Source of the DNA: Candidatus Undinarchaeales archaeon
GTDB lineage: Archaea > SpSt-1190 > JASMDC01
Assembly (NCBI GenBank): GCA_030753015.1
Contig: JASMDC010000048.1
Span: 1 to 26,177 of the forward strand
DNA length: 26,177 nt
Direction: 5' to 3'
The notes beneath the pieces are model-generated. The model searched no databases and was not told the origin of the DNA. It was given only the letters and a program-made list of their open reading frames with translations. The position numbers were made by a program, and so were the translations under genes. Positions 7,459 through 15,547 of this stretch are shown in pieces. Within the stretch, counting starts at the first letter, position 1, and each line of letters starts with the position of its first letter.

Positions 7459-9279
7459 GTGTCCGGCTACGTCATCGATACATCGGCCCTCATCGCCAGA
7501 GGAGCGGACCGCGTGCTCGATGCGGCGGACGGAGGGACCATCGAGCTGATCGTCCCGGCCGCCGTTGTGCATGAGCTCGAGGAGGAGGCAAAGGCCGACC
7601 ACCCGTCGGGGTGGGTGGGGCTGGAAGAGGTCAAGCGCCTCGTGGCCCTCCAGAACGAGGGACGGCTCGCCCTCAAGCTCTCGTCGGGTGAACAGCTCCA
7701 CGGCCGTATCGGTCGGACCCAGTCCGACCGCGCGGCCCGTCAGCTCGCAAAGGACGAGAAGGCCGCTTTGATTACCGCCAGCCGTGTTCAGGAGGCGCTC
7801 GCCCAAGCGCTGCAGATCAGCGTGGTGAAGGTGGGTGGTGCGAGCGAACGTCTCAAGGTTGAGGAGCTATTCAGCGAGGACACCATGTCCGTGCACCTGC
7901 GCGAAGGTGTACGCCCGCTCGTCAAGCGAGGCAGGCCTGGAGAGGTGCAGCTCGAGCCGTTGGGGGCCGAACCGCTCACGCGGGCCCAGGTCATGGAGTA
8001 CATCGTCGACACCCTTGAACGGACCCGCCGTTCACCGGAGGGGTTCGTGGAGATCGAGGCAACTGGGGCGACCGTGGTCCAGTATGGGGCCCTGCGCATC
8101 GGCATCGCTATCCCACCCTTCGCCGACGGCGTTGAGATGACGGTCGTGCGCCCCGTGGCGCGGCCGGACCTGGAGGCTTACGAGCTCGCCCCCGAGCTGC
8201 TCGAACGACTGGAATCCCGGGCCGAGGGCGTTGTCATCGCCGGTTCACCGGGTGCTGGGAAGTCCACCTTCGCCCGGGCGTTGGCCGAGCTGTACGCTGC
8301 CAACGACAAGGTCGTAAAGACCATGGAGTCCCCCCGCGACCTGCAGGTGGGCCCTGAAGTCTCCCAGTACGGCCCGCTGGACGGTTCTTTCGAGCGCACC
8401 GCCGACATCCTTCTCCTCCTCCGTCCCGACTACACCATCTTCGACGAGCTGCGCCGCACCGACGACTTCCGCATCTTCGCGGACCTGCGCATGGCTGGCG
8501 TCGGGATGATTGGGGTGACCCACTCGTCCTCGGCCATCGACGCCATCCAGCGGTTCATCGGTCGAGTCGAGTTGGGCATGCTCCCACAGATCATCGACAC
8601 GGTGGTGTTCGTCCGCGACGGGTTCGTGGATGAGGTGTTCGACGTCAAGATGGCTATCAAGGTCCCCCACGGGATGACCGAGTCGGACCTCGCCCGTCCA
8701 GTTATCGTGGTCAGCGACTTCTTCTCCAAGGAACCGAGGTTCGAGATCTACACCTTCGGGGACGAGACGGCCGTGGTCCCGGTACGGTCCATGGCACCCA
8801 AGGACGTCGCTCGGCTCAGGGACCGCATCGTCCGGATAGTGGGCCGGCGGGTGGGCTCGACACGGAGCGTGCGTGTGGAGGTGCTCTCCGAGCGGCGTGC
8901 GGCCGTGTACGTGCCCGACGACCAGGTCTCGCGGATCATCGGTCAACGCGGCAGCACGATCGCTGCGCTGGAGCGGGCCGTCGGCATCCGTCTCGACGTA
9001 CGCGCCCTGGGCGAGGCGCCCCGTGCATCCAGACCATCCACCAAGAGCGGAGCCCTGCGCTTCCGGCTCATGGAGGGGAAGCGCAACTACGTGTTCGAGC
9101 TCGGAAGCAGGATGGCCGGTGTGACCGTGGACCTGCGCGCTGGCGGTGAGACAGTGACGACCATGGTCGCCGACCGGAAGGGCAAGGTCAAGGTGCCGGT
9201 GCGGAGCCCCGAAGGCAAGCGCCTCAAGCGGGCCGCCGAGGCCGGTGAGCCGATCGAGGTCGTGGGCGCGCTCGCATGA
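7459..9279 (+). CDS. PINc/VapC-family ATPase (PINA-like: PIN + P-loop ATPase + KH)
   Basis: IDTS PIN start; TMSVHL; GSPGAGKSTF; KTMESPRDL; RPDYTIFDELR; DLARPV; IIGQRG KH loop; GTG 7459 after AGGTG (ORF open from 7429). Confidence 0.92.
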   Translation: MSGYVIDTSALIARGADRVLDAADGGTIELIVPAAVVHELEEEAKADHPSGWVGLEEVKRLVALQNEGRLALKLSSGEQLHGRIGRTQSDRAARQLAKDEKAALITASRVQEALAQALQISVVKVGGASERLKVEELFSEDTMSVHLREGVRPLVKRGRPGEVQLEPLGAEPLTRAQVMEYIVDTLERTRRSPEGFVEIEATGATVVQYGALRIGIAIPPFADGVEMTVVRPVARPDLEAYELAPELLERLESRAEGVVIAGSPGAGKSTFARALAELYAANDKVVKTMESPRDLQVGPEVSQYGPLDGSFERTADILLLLRPDYTIFDELRRTDDFRIFADLRMAGVGMIGVTHSSSAIDAIQRFIGRVELGMLPQIIDTVVFVRDGFVDEVFDVKMAIKVPHGMTESDLARPVIVVSDFFSKEPRFEIYTFGDETAVVPVRSMAPKDVARLRDRIVRIVGRRVGSTRSVRVEVLSERRAAVYVPDDQVSRIIGQRGSTIAALERAVGIRLDVRALGEAPRASRPSTKSGALRFRLMEGKRNYVFELGSRMAGVTVDLRAGGETVTTMVADRKGKVKVPVRSPEGKRLKRAAEAGEPIEVVGALA

Positions 9280-9291
9280 GGGCCATTTCAA

Positions 9292-9299
9292 TTTATATA
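9292..9299 (+). promoter_or_regulatory. TATA box for dacZ
   Basis: TTTATATA ~24 nt before GTG 9323, consistent with a leaderless mRNA. Confidence 0.6.
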
Positions 9300-9322
9300 C
9301 ATTGAACGTGGGTAGTCACTCA

Positions 9323-10219
9323 GTGAAAAAGATACAGGAGTCCATCGGGAGGGCCGCGGTGAACGTGGCCAAGGAGGTCTCTGCCGACGCCATCGTGTCC
9401 CTGGAGCGTCCCGATGCACCTGTCCCCTCGGACACCTTCGAGGAGTTCAAGAAGCGCCTGATGAGCATCCTCACCCCTCCGAAGACGCCGGTGCGGGTGG
9501 TCATGTTCAAGAAATCCCGACGCGGAGCCGTCAACTACCGTCGACGCGGGGAGTTCGTCATCGAGGTGAAGGCCTCGCCCATCGAGGGTGCCATCTTCAT
9601 CAAGGAGGCGGTGATGGGCATCATCCGCGAGGGCTGGCTCAAGGAAGGTGACCGCATCGTGAGCGTGGGCGACAGTTCGCTCGGCGCGGGCTACTCGGGC
9701 CTCCTGTTCCTCTTCGACATCGACCGCACATTCTTCGAGATGTCCGTGCTCGAGCTGGACAAGAACGTGGGCAGCGACGTTCTGGAAACGGTGATCGCGC
9801 TCGCCAAGGAGGTCGCAAAGGAAGGCCGCGAGGGCCGCCACATCGGAACTGCCTTCATCGTCGGCGATTCGGACGCTGTTCTCAAGCGCTCGCGCCAGCT
9901 CATCATCAATCCATTCTCCGGGTACGCGGAAGAGCATCGGAACATAACCGACCCGGAGCTCAAAGAGACCATCAAAGAGTTCGCCCAGCTCGACGGCGTG
10001 TTCATCATCGGCGCGGACGGGACGATCTACGCCTCCGGTGCCTATTTAAACATTGACCCGGAAGGGGTCAGCGTCCCCTCGGGGCTCGGCTCGCGCCACC
10101 TGGCGTGCGCCGCCATCACCAAGAACACCATGGCGATCGCCGTGGCGGTGTCCCAGAGCGGGGGCATCATCAGGGTGTTCAAGCAGGGCGAGATGGTGAT
10201 GGAGGAGAAGCCCGAGTGA
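9323..10219 (+). CDS. dacZ: diadenylate cyclase (DisA_N/DAC domain), archaeal DacZ type
   Basis: EGREG..IGTAF, INPF.GY, IKEFAQLDG, GLGSRH, AVSQSGG; N-terminal extra domain; start inferred from promoter position. Confidence 0.88.
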   Translation: MKKIQESIGRAAVNVAKEVSADAIVSLERPDAPVPSDTFEEFKKRLMSILTPPKTPVRVVMFKKSRRGAVNYRRRGEFVIEVKASPIEGAIFIKEAVMGIIREGWLKEGDRIVSVGDSSLGAGYSGLLFLFDIDRTFFEMSVLELDKNVGSDVLETVIALAKEVAKEGREGRHIGTAFIVGDSDAVLKRSRQLIINPFSGYAEEHRNITDPELKETIKEFAQLDGVFIIGADGTIYASGAYLNIDPEGVSVPSGLGSRHLACAAITKNTMAIAVAVSQSGGIIRVFKQGEMVMEEKPE

Positions 10220-10230
10220 GGGTACATCGT

Positions 10231-10305
10231 GGGCTCGTGGCCTAGTCTGGATAGGGCGGCGGCCTCCTAAGCCGTAGACCGCGGGTTCAAATCCTGCCGG
10301 GCCCA
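10231..10305 (+). tRNA. tRNA-Arg(CCT), intronless, CCA not encoded
   Basis: Acceptor GGGCTCG/CGGGCCC; anticodon arm GCGGC-CTCCTAA-GCCGT; T arm GCGGG-TTCAAAT-CCTGC. Confidence 0.95.
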
Positions 10306-10306
10306 T

Positions 10307-10326
10307 GGGAGGGATCTTCCCCTCCC
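10307..10326 (+). terminator. hairpin immediately after the tRNA
   Basis: GGGAGGGA-TCT-TCCCCTCCC inverted repeat; no T-run. Confidence 0.3.
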
Positions 10327-10394
10327 GAACCTTGCTACCAAGAGAGAAGGTTCTTCAAGGTTACCCGTCACATCCGTTATCACTGGTAGGTCAT

Positions 10395-11138
10395 ATGGCC
10401 ACTAACGTCATGCTGGGTCTCTTCTGGGGCTCTGATGAGAAGGAAGAGCCGATAAAGCCCTTTGGCCCCGAGCTCGTCGAGCTTGAGCGGACTGTGCTGA
10501 AGAAGGGTATGGACACCGAGGTCACCGTGTCCATCACGAACGTCTCCAAGATGTGGCTGGAGGACCTTCATGTGAAGATCGAAGTACCGCCCGGGTTCCA
10601 TGACAAGTACAATACCTGCGACATCGATCTCGGTGATGTCAGGCCGACCGACACCGTCACCAACACGGTCACCCTTCATCCCAGCGGCTGTATTACAGGG
10701 AGCTTGAGCGGTACCGCGACCTTCACCGTCGTCGGCGGGAGGAAGGCCGTCGTCGACATCCCTCCCAAGTTGATCGGCTCTTGCACACCGTACCTCACGA
10801 CCATCCTCGTCAACGAGGAAGAGTTCACCGGGATGACGAGCGAGCTGGAGCACGTCGGGGAAGAGGTCGATGTGGAGAGCATCGACGATGCTGTCGGCGC
10901 CCTCAAGAAGGGGCTTGTCAAGCTCAACATCGTGACGTCCAGAAGGGAGGAGGAATCCTCCGGAGCGACACTCTCATTCTCGGGCAGGGAGGAGATGACG
11001 AACAACGAGATCTTCCTCACTGTCGTGTTGACCGAGAGCGACAAGGGCGGCACGGCGGCCATCACGGTGTGGTGCAAGGACCTTGACATGGCGAGCGTTC
11101 TCTGTGGCGAGGTCAGGGAAATGCTCGGACCGGCCTGA
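10395..11138 (+). CDS. hypothetical protein; Ig-like sandwich + alpha/beta platform resembling coatomer/adaptin appendage domains
   Basis: V.ITN....LEDLHVKIEVP...LGDVRP Ig-like pattern, then YL.....EEF..M and a C-terminal strand-helix; start ATG 10395 or 10410. Confidence 0.7.
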   Translation: MATNVMLGLFWGSDEKEEPIKPFGPELVELERTVLKKGMDTEVTVSITNVSKMWLEDLHVKIEVPPGFHDKYNTCDIDLGDVRPTDTVTNTVTLHPSGCITGSLSGTATFTVVGGRKAVVDIPPKLIGSCTPYLTTILVNEEEFTGMTSELEHVGEEVDVESIDDAVGALKKGLVKLNIVTSRREEESSGATLSFSGREEMTNNEIFLTVVLTESDKGGTAAITVWCKDLDMASVLCGEVREMLGPA

Positions 11139-11148
11139 GCCGACAGGC

Positions 11149-11451
11149 TCACGCGCGCTTTCCGTTGGGCTCTGAGATGAAGCCCTTCTCCTCGCACATG
11201 CGCACCACGTGGACGACGGCCCAGTGCTCCTCTTCGGAGAGGTCGCGCTCCTCCTCGACAACAAAGCGGTGGAGTCCGGCGATACCATCGTACGCGGTCC
11301 CCAGGCCACGGCGGTGGAAGAGCTCGAGCACATGGCTCGAGAGAGCGTACCCGACAGCATGGTCATGGCCCTTGACGACCGACAGTTTGAGCCCCGTCAC
11401 GCTCCGGAGCACGTCCTCGATCAATACGGTCTGTACGGCTGCGTCCTCCAT
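11149..11451 (-). CDS. hypothetical protein
   Basis: Fills the gap between neighbours with coding-like composition; ATG 11451 ~35 nt from an AT-rich box at 11486-11491; no motif recognised. Confidence 0.5.
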   Translation of the reverse strand: MEDAAVQTVLIEDVLRSVTGLKLSVVKGHDHAVGYALSSHVLELFHRRGLGTAYDGIAGLHRFVVEEERDLSEEEHWAVVHVVRMCEEKGFISEPNGKRA

Positions 11452-11525
11452 GTCCCGGTCCCTATGTATGAACAGGGGCACAGGCTTTTAACCTTGGCGC
11501 CCACCGTCCAGAGGAGGGGTGTTCC

Positions 11526-11726
11526 ATGGTACTGTCGAAGAAGGACCAGGAGATGATCGAGCGTCAGAACCGCGGTGTGTTCGAGCGCCGGCTCAACATG
11601 CGAAAGAAGAACGCCCTCGTGTGCGCCCAGTGCGGGAAGACCTTCCCACTTGGTCGGAAGGCCGCGTTCAACAACCACATCAAGGGCTGCCGGGGGAACA
11701 AGGGAATCCCCGAGCTGGAGATATGA
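11526..11726 (+). CDS. small basic zinc-finger protein (C2HC-like)
   Basis: CAQCGKTF...FNNHIKGC; TATA-like CTTTTAAC upstream. Confidence 0.7.
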   Translation: MVLSKKDQEMIERQNRGVFERRLNMRKKNALVCAQCGKTFPLGRKAAFNNHIKGCRGNKGIPELEI

Positions 11727-11738
11727 GTGCTGCCCCTC

Positions 11739-13031
11739 CTAGAGATGGAGGCGCTTGTACGGGATGACCACCTGGAGCTCCTCGCCCACGAGATCGCTCA
11801 CCAGCAGGTTCACCGTCGGACCGTGGTTGACGCCGGGAGCGTAGAGGACCTGGCGGGGCTTGATCCCTTCCGCGGGCTGTGAGAGGTCCACCTCGGCACG
11901 GAAGAACCCGAGCCAGTTGCCGTCCAGCTCCGCTTCCTCGGCGAGCAGCCCGTCGCCCCTGAGGATCTTCACTAGCTCCACGAACTCGTGACGTTTCTCT
12001 CCGTCGTTCTTGAGATCATCCCTGGTGTACTCGTGACGCTGGCCATCGTAGGTCAGAGAGATGGTCTCACCGGCATCGCCGTCGAGCACCGTGAGCCAAT
12101 CGGTGACCGCGGTCGTGCTCGCGACCTGTCCATTGGCCACGTCCTTGGAAGCCCGGCCCATGACGAGGTAGGGCGACACCCGGAAGCCGATGTTCCGGTC
12201 GGGGAGCGTTGCGGACATGTTCCCGGTGCCGTTCATGTCATCGTCCTCCAACCGTCCGAGCAGATATCCCTTCTCGTCGTTGGAGAGACGATCGGTGGAG
12301 ATGTTGTCCAGCACGTCCCGGAACAGGGAGACCGTGTCCTTCGTGCGCTGGTTGGTGTTCCGGTCCAGGGGGACGGTCGAGGGATTTTCCTGGTCGGCGA
12401 AGTACATCATGTCCATGTAGACATCAGTGTCCGTTGACGCACCGTCGATCGCCGCCTCGACGACCTTGGCCAGGAGCTTCGCGTCCTGTTCCTGCCCCAG
12501 CTTGCGGTACTGCATCGTCTGGATTGACATGGAGACTGCGAACTTCCCGGAATAACCTGCGGCCTGCTCGAGCTGGTCCAGGCCGTGTTGGTCCGCGACG
12601 ACCTCGTCGCCGTCGAGCTGGTAGTGAACGCCGGACGTGATGATCTTCGAGCGCTTTCCGGTGGCATCGTACACCGACTTCGTGAAGTCGCCGATGCCCT
12701 CGCCGGTCTCGTACCGGAGGTGACCGGGCTCGCTGTCCCTGAAGGTCTCGACCAGCACGCCCTCGTAGGTGTTCCCCTGCACGGGGATCCCCGTGTACGC
12801 CGATGCCTGGCCCAACGCCTCCATGAACTTCTCGGTCTGATCCCAGCGCGCGGTGGCGATCTTCGGGAGCGATGATGCGTGACATCCGGGGCACCGCTGC
12901 CGGCAGCCGCGCTGCGGGTAGACACCGTGGAGATTTCCAACAAGAGAGGAAAGTTCATCGTCCGAGAACTCCTTGAACACCTCATGGGCCACTGCGTACT
13001 CGTCGCCGGCACCCTCCTCGAGCTCATACAC
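11739..13031 (-). CDS. divergent radical SAM superfamily protein
   Basis: CRQRCPGC (CxxxCxxC); DSEP and ITSG at GGEP/TNG-equivalent positions; no SPASM cysteines. Confidence 0.7.
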   Translation of the reverse strand: MYELEEGAGDEYAVAHEVFKEFSDDELSSLVGNLHGVYPQRGCRQRCPGCHASSLPKIATARWDQTEKFMEALGQASAYTGIPVQGNTYEGVLVETFRDSEPGHLRYETGEGIGDFTKSVYDATGKRSKIITSGVHYQLDGDEVVADQHGLDQLEQAAGYSGKFAVSMSIQTMQYRKLGQEQDAKLLAKVVEAAIDGASTDTDVYMDMMYFADQENPSTVPLDRNTNQRTKDTVSLFRDVLDNISTDRLSNDEKGYLLGRLEDDDMNGTGNMSATLPDRNIGFRVSPYLVMGRASKDVANGQVASTTAVTDWLTVLDGDAGETISLTYDGQRHEYTRDDLKNDGEKRHEFVELVKILRGDGLLAEEAELDGNWLGFFRAEVDLSQPAEGIKPRQVLYAPGVNHGPTVNLLVSDLVGEELQVVIPYKRLHL

Positions 13032-14037
13032 GGCTCGTATCCTCCTGTGCTCCGTTCCTGTGGTGGACGGACTTGACGGCGATGCGCATCAGCTTGGTGG
13101 CCGTACGCACACCGGTTGTGTACTTGGATACGTTGCCTGAGCTCATCCGCTCGCCCTTGAGCTCCGGCTGTGCGAGGTGGTCGTCCACGACCCACATGAG
13201 GCCAGTGGCACCGCCACCGTAGCTGTTCGCGACAGCGCTTACGGCCGCGAGCTCCATCTCGACGGCTTCGTAGCCCGCGTCAACGAGTTCTGTGAGCCGG
13301 GCGGGAGTCTCCTCCCGGACCCAGGAGCAGGTGTCGTAGATGGTGGCTCCCTTGAGCGTGATATCCTGTGCGTCCGCGGACGCGAGGAGCGCGTCGTTGA
13401 GCTCTTCGCTCACCGACGTTGTGGAATTGTATATCTCTGGGATGGGGGAGCGTGTCCCGACCTCGCCCGTAGCATAGATGATGTCACCGGAGTCGAGCCC
13501 GTCGGTAAGACCGCCCACGTTGCCGATGTAAGTGAAGTTGCGGGCCCCGCCGCGGCAGAGGGCATCGGTTAGCATGGCCGCATGCTCCTGGCCCATGGGC
13601 GCCGATACGATGCCCATGGTCGTGCCCTTGTAGGAGATTATCTTGTGGGTGTCCGAAAAGGATTTCTCCACCTTCGCGCCGTAGGGGACGGTGAAGGCGT
13701 CACCGTAGACCATTATGTAGTCGGTGGGAAGATCGATGTCGTCCAGTGAGGGCGCCTCGCGGGAGGGCCCCTTGGGGAGGATGGAGGTCAGTGCGTCCAC
13801 GGCATCGAAGCAGGCGTCCTGGTAGCGGGGCGGGACGTGCCGGGCGATGCCGTTGAGCGCACGGGTGAGCAATGAGGTCGTCGGTGTTGAACTGCCGTAC
13901 AAGCCTTGGGAAGTGACGTACCGGGCGACGGCCGAGTCCCGTGCCTCGGGATCGGCGATGGTCTCGAAGTAGCCCGCATGAGCTGGATCGATAGCTCCGG
14001 CCTCATCGGTCACTTCAGGTAGCTCGTACATCGTCAT
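13024..14037 (-). CDS. nucleoside phosphorylase family protein (PNP_UDP_1) with N-terminal extension
   Basis: PMG, IGNVGGL....SGDII, RET, AVEMELAAV, VVDD; overlaps the next gene by 8 nt. Confidence 0.8.
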   Translation of the reverse strand: MTMYELPEVTDEAGAIDPAHAGYFETIADPEARDSAVARYVTSQGLYGSSTPTTSLLTRALNGIARHVPPRYQDACFDAVDALTSILPKGPSREAPSLDDIDLPTDYIMVYGDAFTVPYGAKVEKSFSDTHKIISYKGTTMGIVSAPMGQEHAAMLTDALCRGGARNFTYIGNVGGLTDGLDSGDIIYATGEVGTRSPIPEIYNSTTSVSEELNDALLASADAQDITLKGATIYDTCSWVREETPARLTELVDAGYEAVEMELAAVSAVANSYGGGATGLMWVVDDHLAQPELKGERMSSGNVSKYTTGVRTATKLMRIAVKSVHHRNGAQEDTSRV

Positions 14038-14873
14038 CCACTCCCAGCGGAGCTCTCCGCTGTTGCGTCGTTCGTGTGTGCCATCAGGTGAGGGAGCTCG
14101 ACCTGGAGGTCGTACTGTCCGCCCAAGGTGAACATGATCCGGTCATTACCGGACTTGTGCATGAACTTCTCGAGGAGGTAGGGCTTCGCCCGGTAGCGGC
14201 TGTCGCGTTCGATCTCGTCCATACGCGAGCCGAACCACACTTTCCTGAACGTCTCTCCCTTGAGACGCGCGTCCACGAAGGTGAGGATGAACTCATCGTC
14301 GAACCCGAACTCGTCTCTGAGATAGGTGGCGATCCGGGTCTCTGACCAGCCCTCGTCCTTCCGTAGCTTTATGGCGAGGGCGTCTGTGGTCTGTTTCATC
14401 CGCTGGTCGTGGACCCTCCTTGCGATATCGGGTCGCTCGTTCGCATCCATTAGCTGGTAGGCCACATCCATCGCCACGAGCTCCTCGAGCCACTCCGAGC
14501 AATCGTACAACGCCGCGTGGGTGCCCTCGTGGGCAAGGATGTAGTCAACGGTGGCTGCGTCAGCAGCGTGCTCGGTCTTCACGTACACCTCGGTCTCGAA
14601 CCTCCCCTTCCGCGGATTGGCGTACTTCGTGTACCCGTCCGGGTCGATGTCGGCGAAGTCGAGGTTGTTGGTGGAATAGGTGTAGTGGTGGCCGAAGTGG
14701 GCATTGACCAGGGAGAACACGCGTTCACCCTCGCTCCTGAGCTCGTGGGTCGACATGATCGCGTCGGTGCACTCGGGAGAGGCCCGGTACTGCTGGATGG
14801 CGTACCGGAGGTCGCAGACGATCTCATCGGTCGTGATGAAGCCCGTCCCGATTGAGTCGGCAAGGTCCGGCAT
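14034..14873 (-). CDS. HExxH (zincin-like) metalloprotein
   Basis: YILAHEGTH followed by WLEELVA (candidate third ligand Glu); ATGA overlap with the next gene. Confidence 0.65.
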   Translation of the reverse strand: MPDLADSIGTGFITTDEIVCDLRYAIQQYRASPECTDAIMSTHELRSEGERVFSLVNAHFGHHYTYSTNNLDFADIDPDGYTKYANPRKGRFETEVYVKTEHAADAATVDYILAHEGTHAALYDCSEWLEELVAMDVAYQLMDANERPDIARRVHDQRMKQTTDALAIKLRKDEGWSETRIATYLRDEFGFDDEFILTFVDARLKGETFRKVWFGSRMDEIERDSRYRAKPYLLEKFMHKSGNDRIMFTLGGQYDLQVELPHLMAHTNDATAESSAGSG

Positions 14874-14924
14874 GAGTAATCACTCGCGAGTGGTGACTCG
14901 CCGGAGCCATACGCCCTATATATA
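14874..14924 (-). promoter_or_regulatory. TATA box plus 26-bp imperfect palindrome (putative operator)
   Basis: TATATATA at 14917-14924; GAGTAATCACTCGCGAGTGGTGACTC at 14874-14899 abutting the ATG. Confidence 0.55.
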
Positions 14925-14968
14925 CTCTCCGTTGGGGAAAAATGTCTAGAAGCGGGAACAGCAAGTGC

Positions 14969-15097
14969 CTAGAACGCACCCATGAGATATAGGAGGCCTG
15001 CTGACAGGAGAACGGCAAGAAGGAACATCCCCACGATGGAACGATAGGCCGAGATGGGGAAACCCATGAGCATCTGCTCCTCGTGTTCATCCCCCAT
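14969..15097 (-). CDS. 42-aa single-TM microprotein
   Basis: MGDEHEEQMLMGFPISAYRSIVGMFLLAVLLSAGLLYLMGAF; CAAAAC-CTTAAAG promoter ~27 nt upstream. Confidence 0.6.
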   Translation of the reverse strand: MGDEHEEQMLMGFPISAYRSIVGMFLLAVLLSAGLLYLMGAF

Positions 15098-15208
15098 TCT
15101 AAAGAACGTAGAGTCCCTAACGGCTTTAAGGTTTTGCTTGGTGGAGCGCGCGTCAAGCCTAATCAAATGGGGATGGATCCGTTTGTCGTGCATTCAGGCT
15201 TGCACCAG

Positions 15209-15418
15209 CTACATGGGCGGGAGATTGCCCACTCCGCCCGACGGGGCGCAGTCGTCCAGGCACTTACGCAGCTTCCGCATGCAATCCGAGTATATCTCGG
15301 TAGGCTCCCCCATGCTGTCGTATTTGAGCGCGCAGCCCTTACCACAGATGGAGCTGGAGTTCGCCGGGGGGCCGGGCGCCCGGCTTGCTGCGAGGGATTC
15401 CCCCCTCACGGTCGTCAC
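15209..15418 (-). CDS. small Cys-rich protein (69 aa)
   Basis: GTG preceded by GGTGAT SD-like motif; GC-rich third codon positions; Cx3C...Cx6Cx3C. Confidence 0.5.
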   Translation of the reverse strand: MTTVRGESLAASRAPGPPANSSSICGKGCALKYDSMGEPTEIYSDCMRKLRKCLDDCAPSGGVGNLPPM

Positions 15419-15461
15419 AAATCAATATCACCGCCGGGGACCATCCTTGGAGGAGGGCCCC

Positions 15462-15534
15462 CGGGCGATGATGACCTTGTTACGAAGGTACGGGGGAGCT
15501 GGCCCCCGATGACCTGACCAAAGTACTGAGCCCG
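15462..15534 (+). ncRNA. box C/D guide sRNA with antisense element to the 16S rRNA 3' minor domain
   Basis: Terminal stem CGGGC/GCCCG; box C ATGATGA 15468-15474; box D CTGA 15526-15529 in canonical kink-turn register; C'-like CGATGA 15507-15512; ACCTTGTTACGA 15474-15485 complementary to universal SSU UCGUAACAAGGU. Confidence 0.75.
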
Positions 15535-15547
15535 TGGGCCTCCAGCA

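Noticed and set aside
10305-10394. Longer N-terminus for the 11138-ending ORF
   Set aside because: The start overlaps the tRNA discriminator base and the downstream hairpin
15443-15448. ATCCTT as equivalent of the U13 5' guide
   Set aside because: It complements the eukaryotic AAGGAU rather than the usual archaeal CUGGAU, and lies in a local hairpin; probably chance
15474-15485. rRNA gene fragment or 1492R primer contamination
   Set aside because: Only 12 nt match, flanks are not rRNA or primer sequence, and the match sits directly after a box C in a C/D framework
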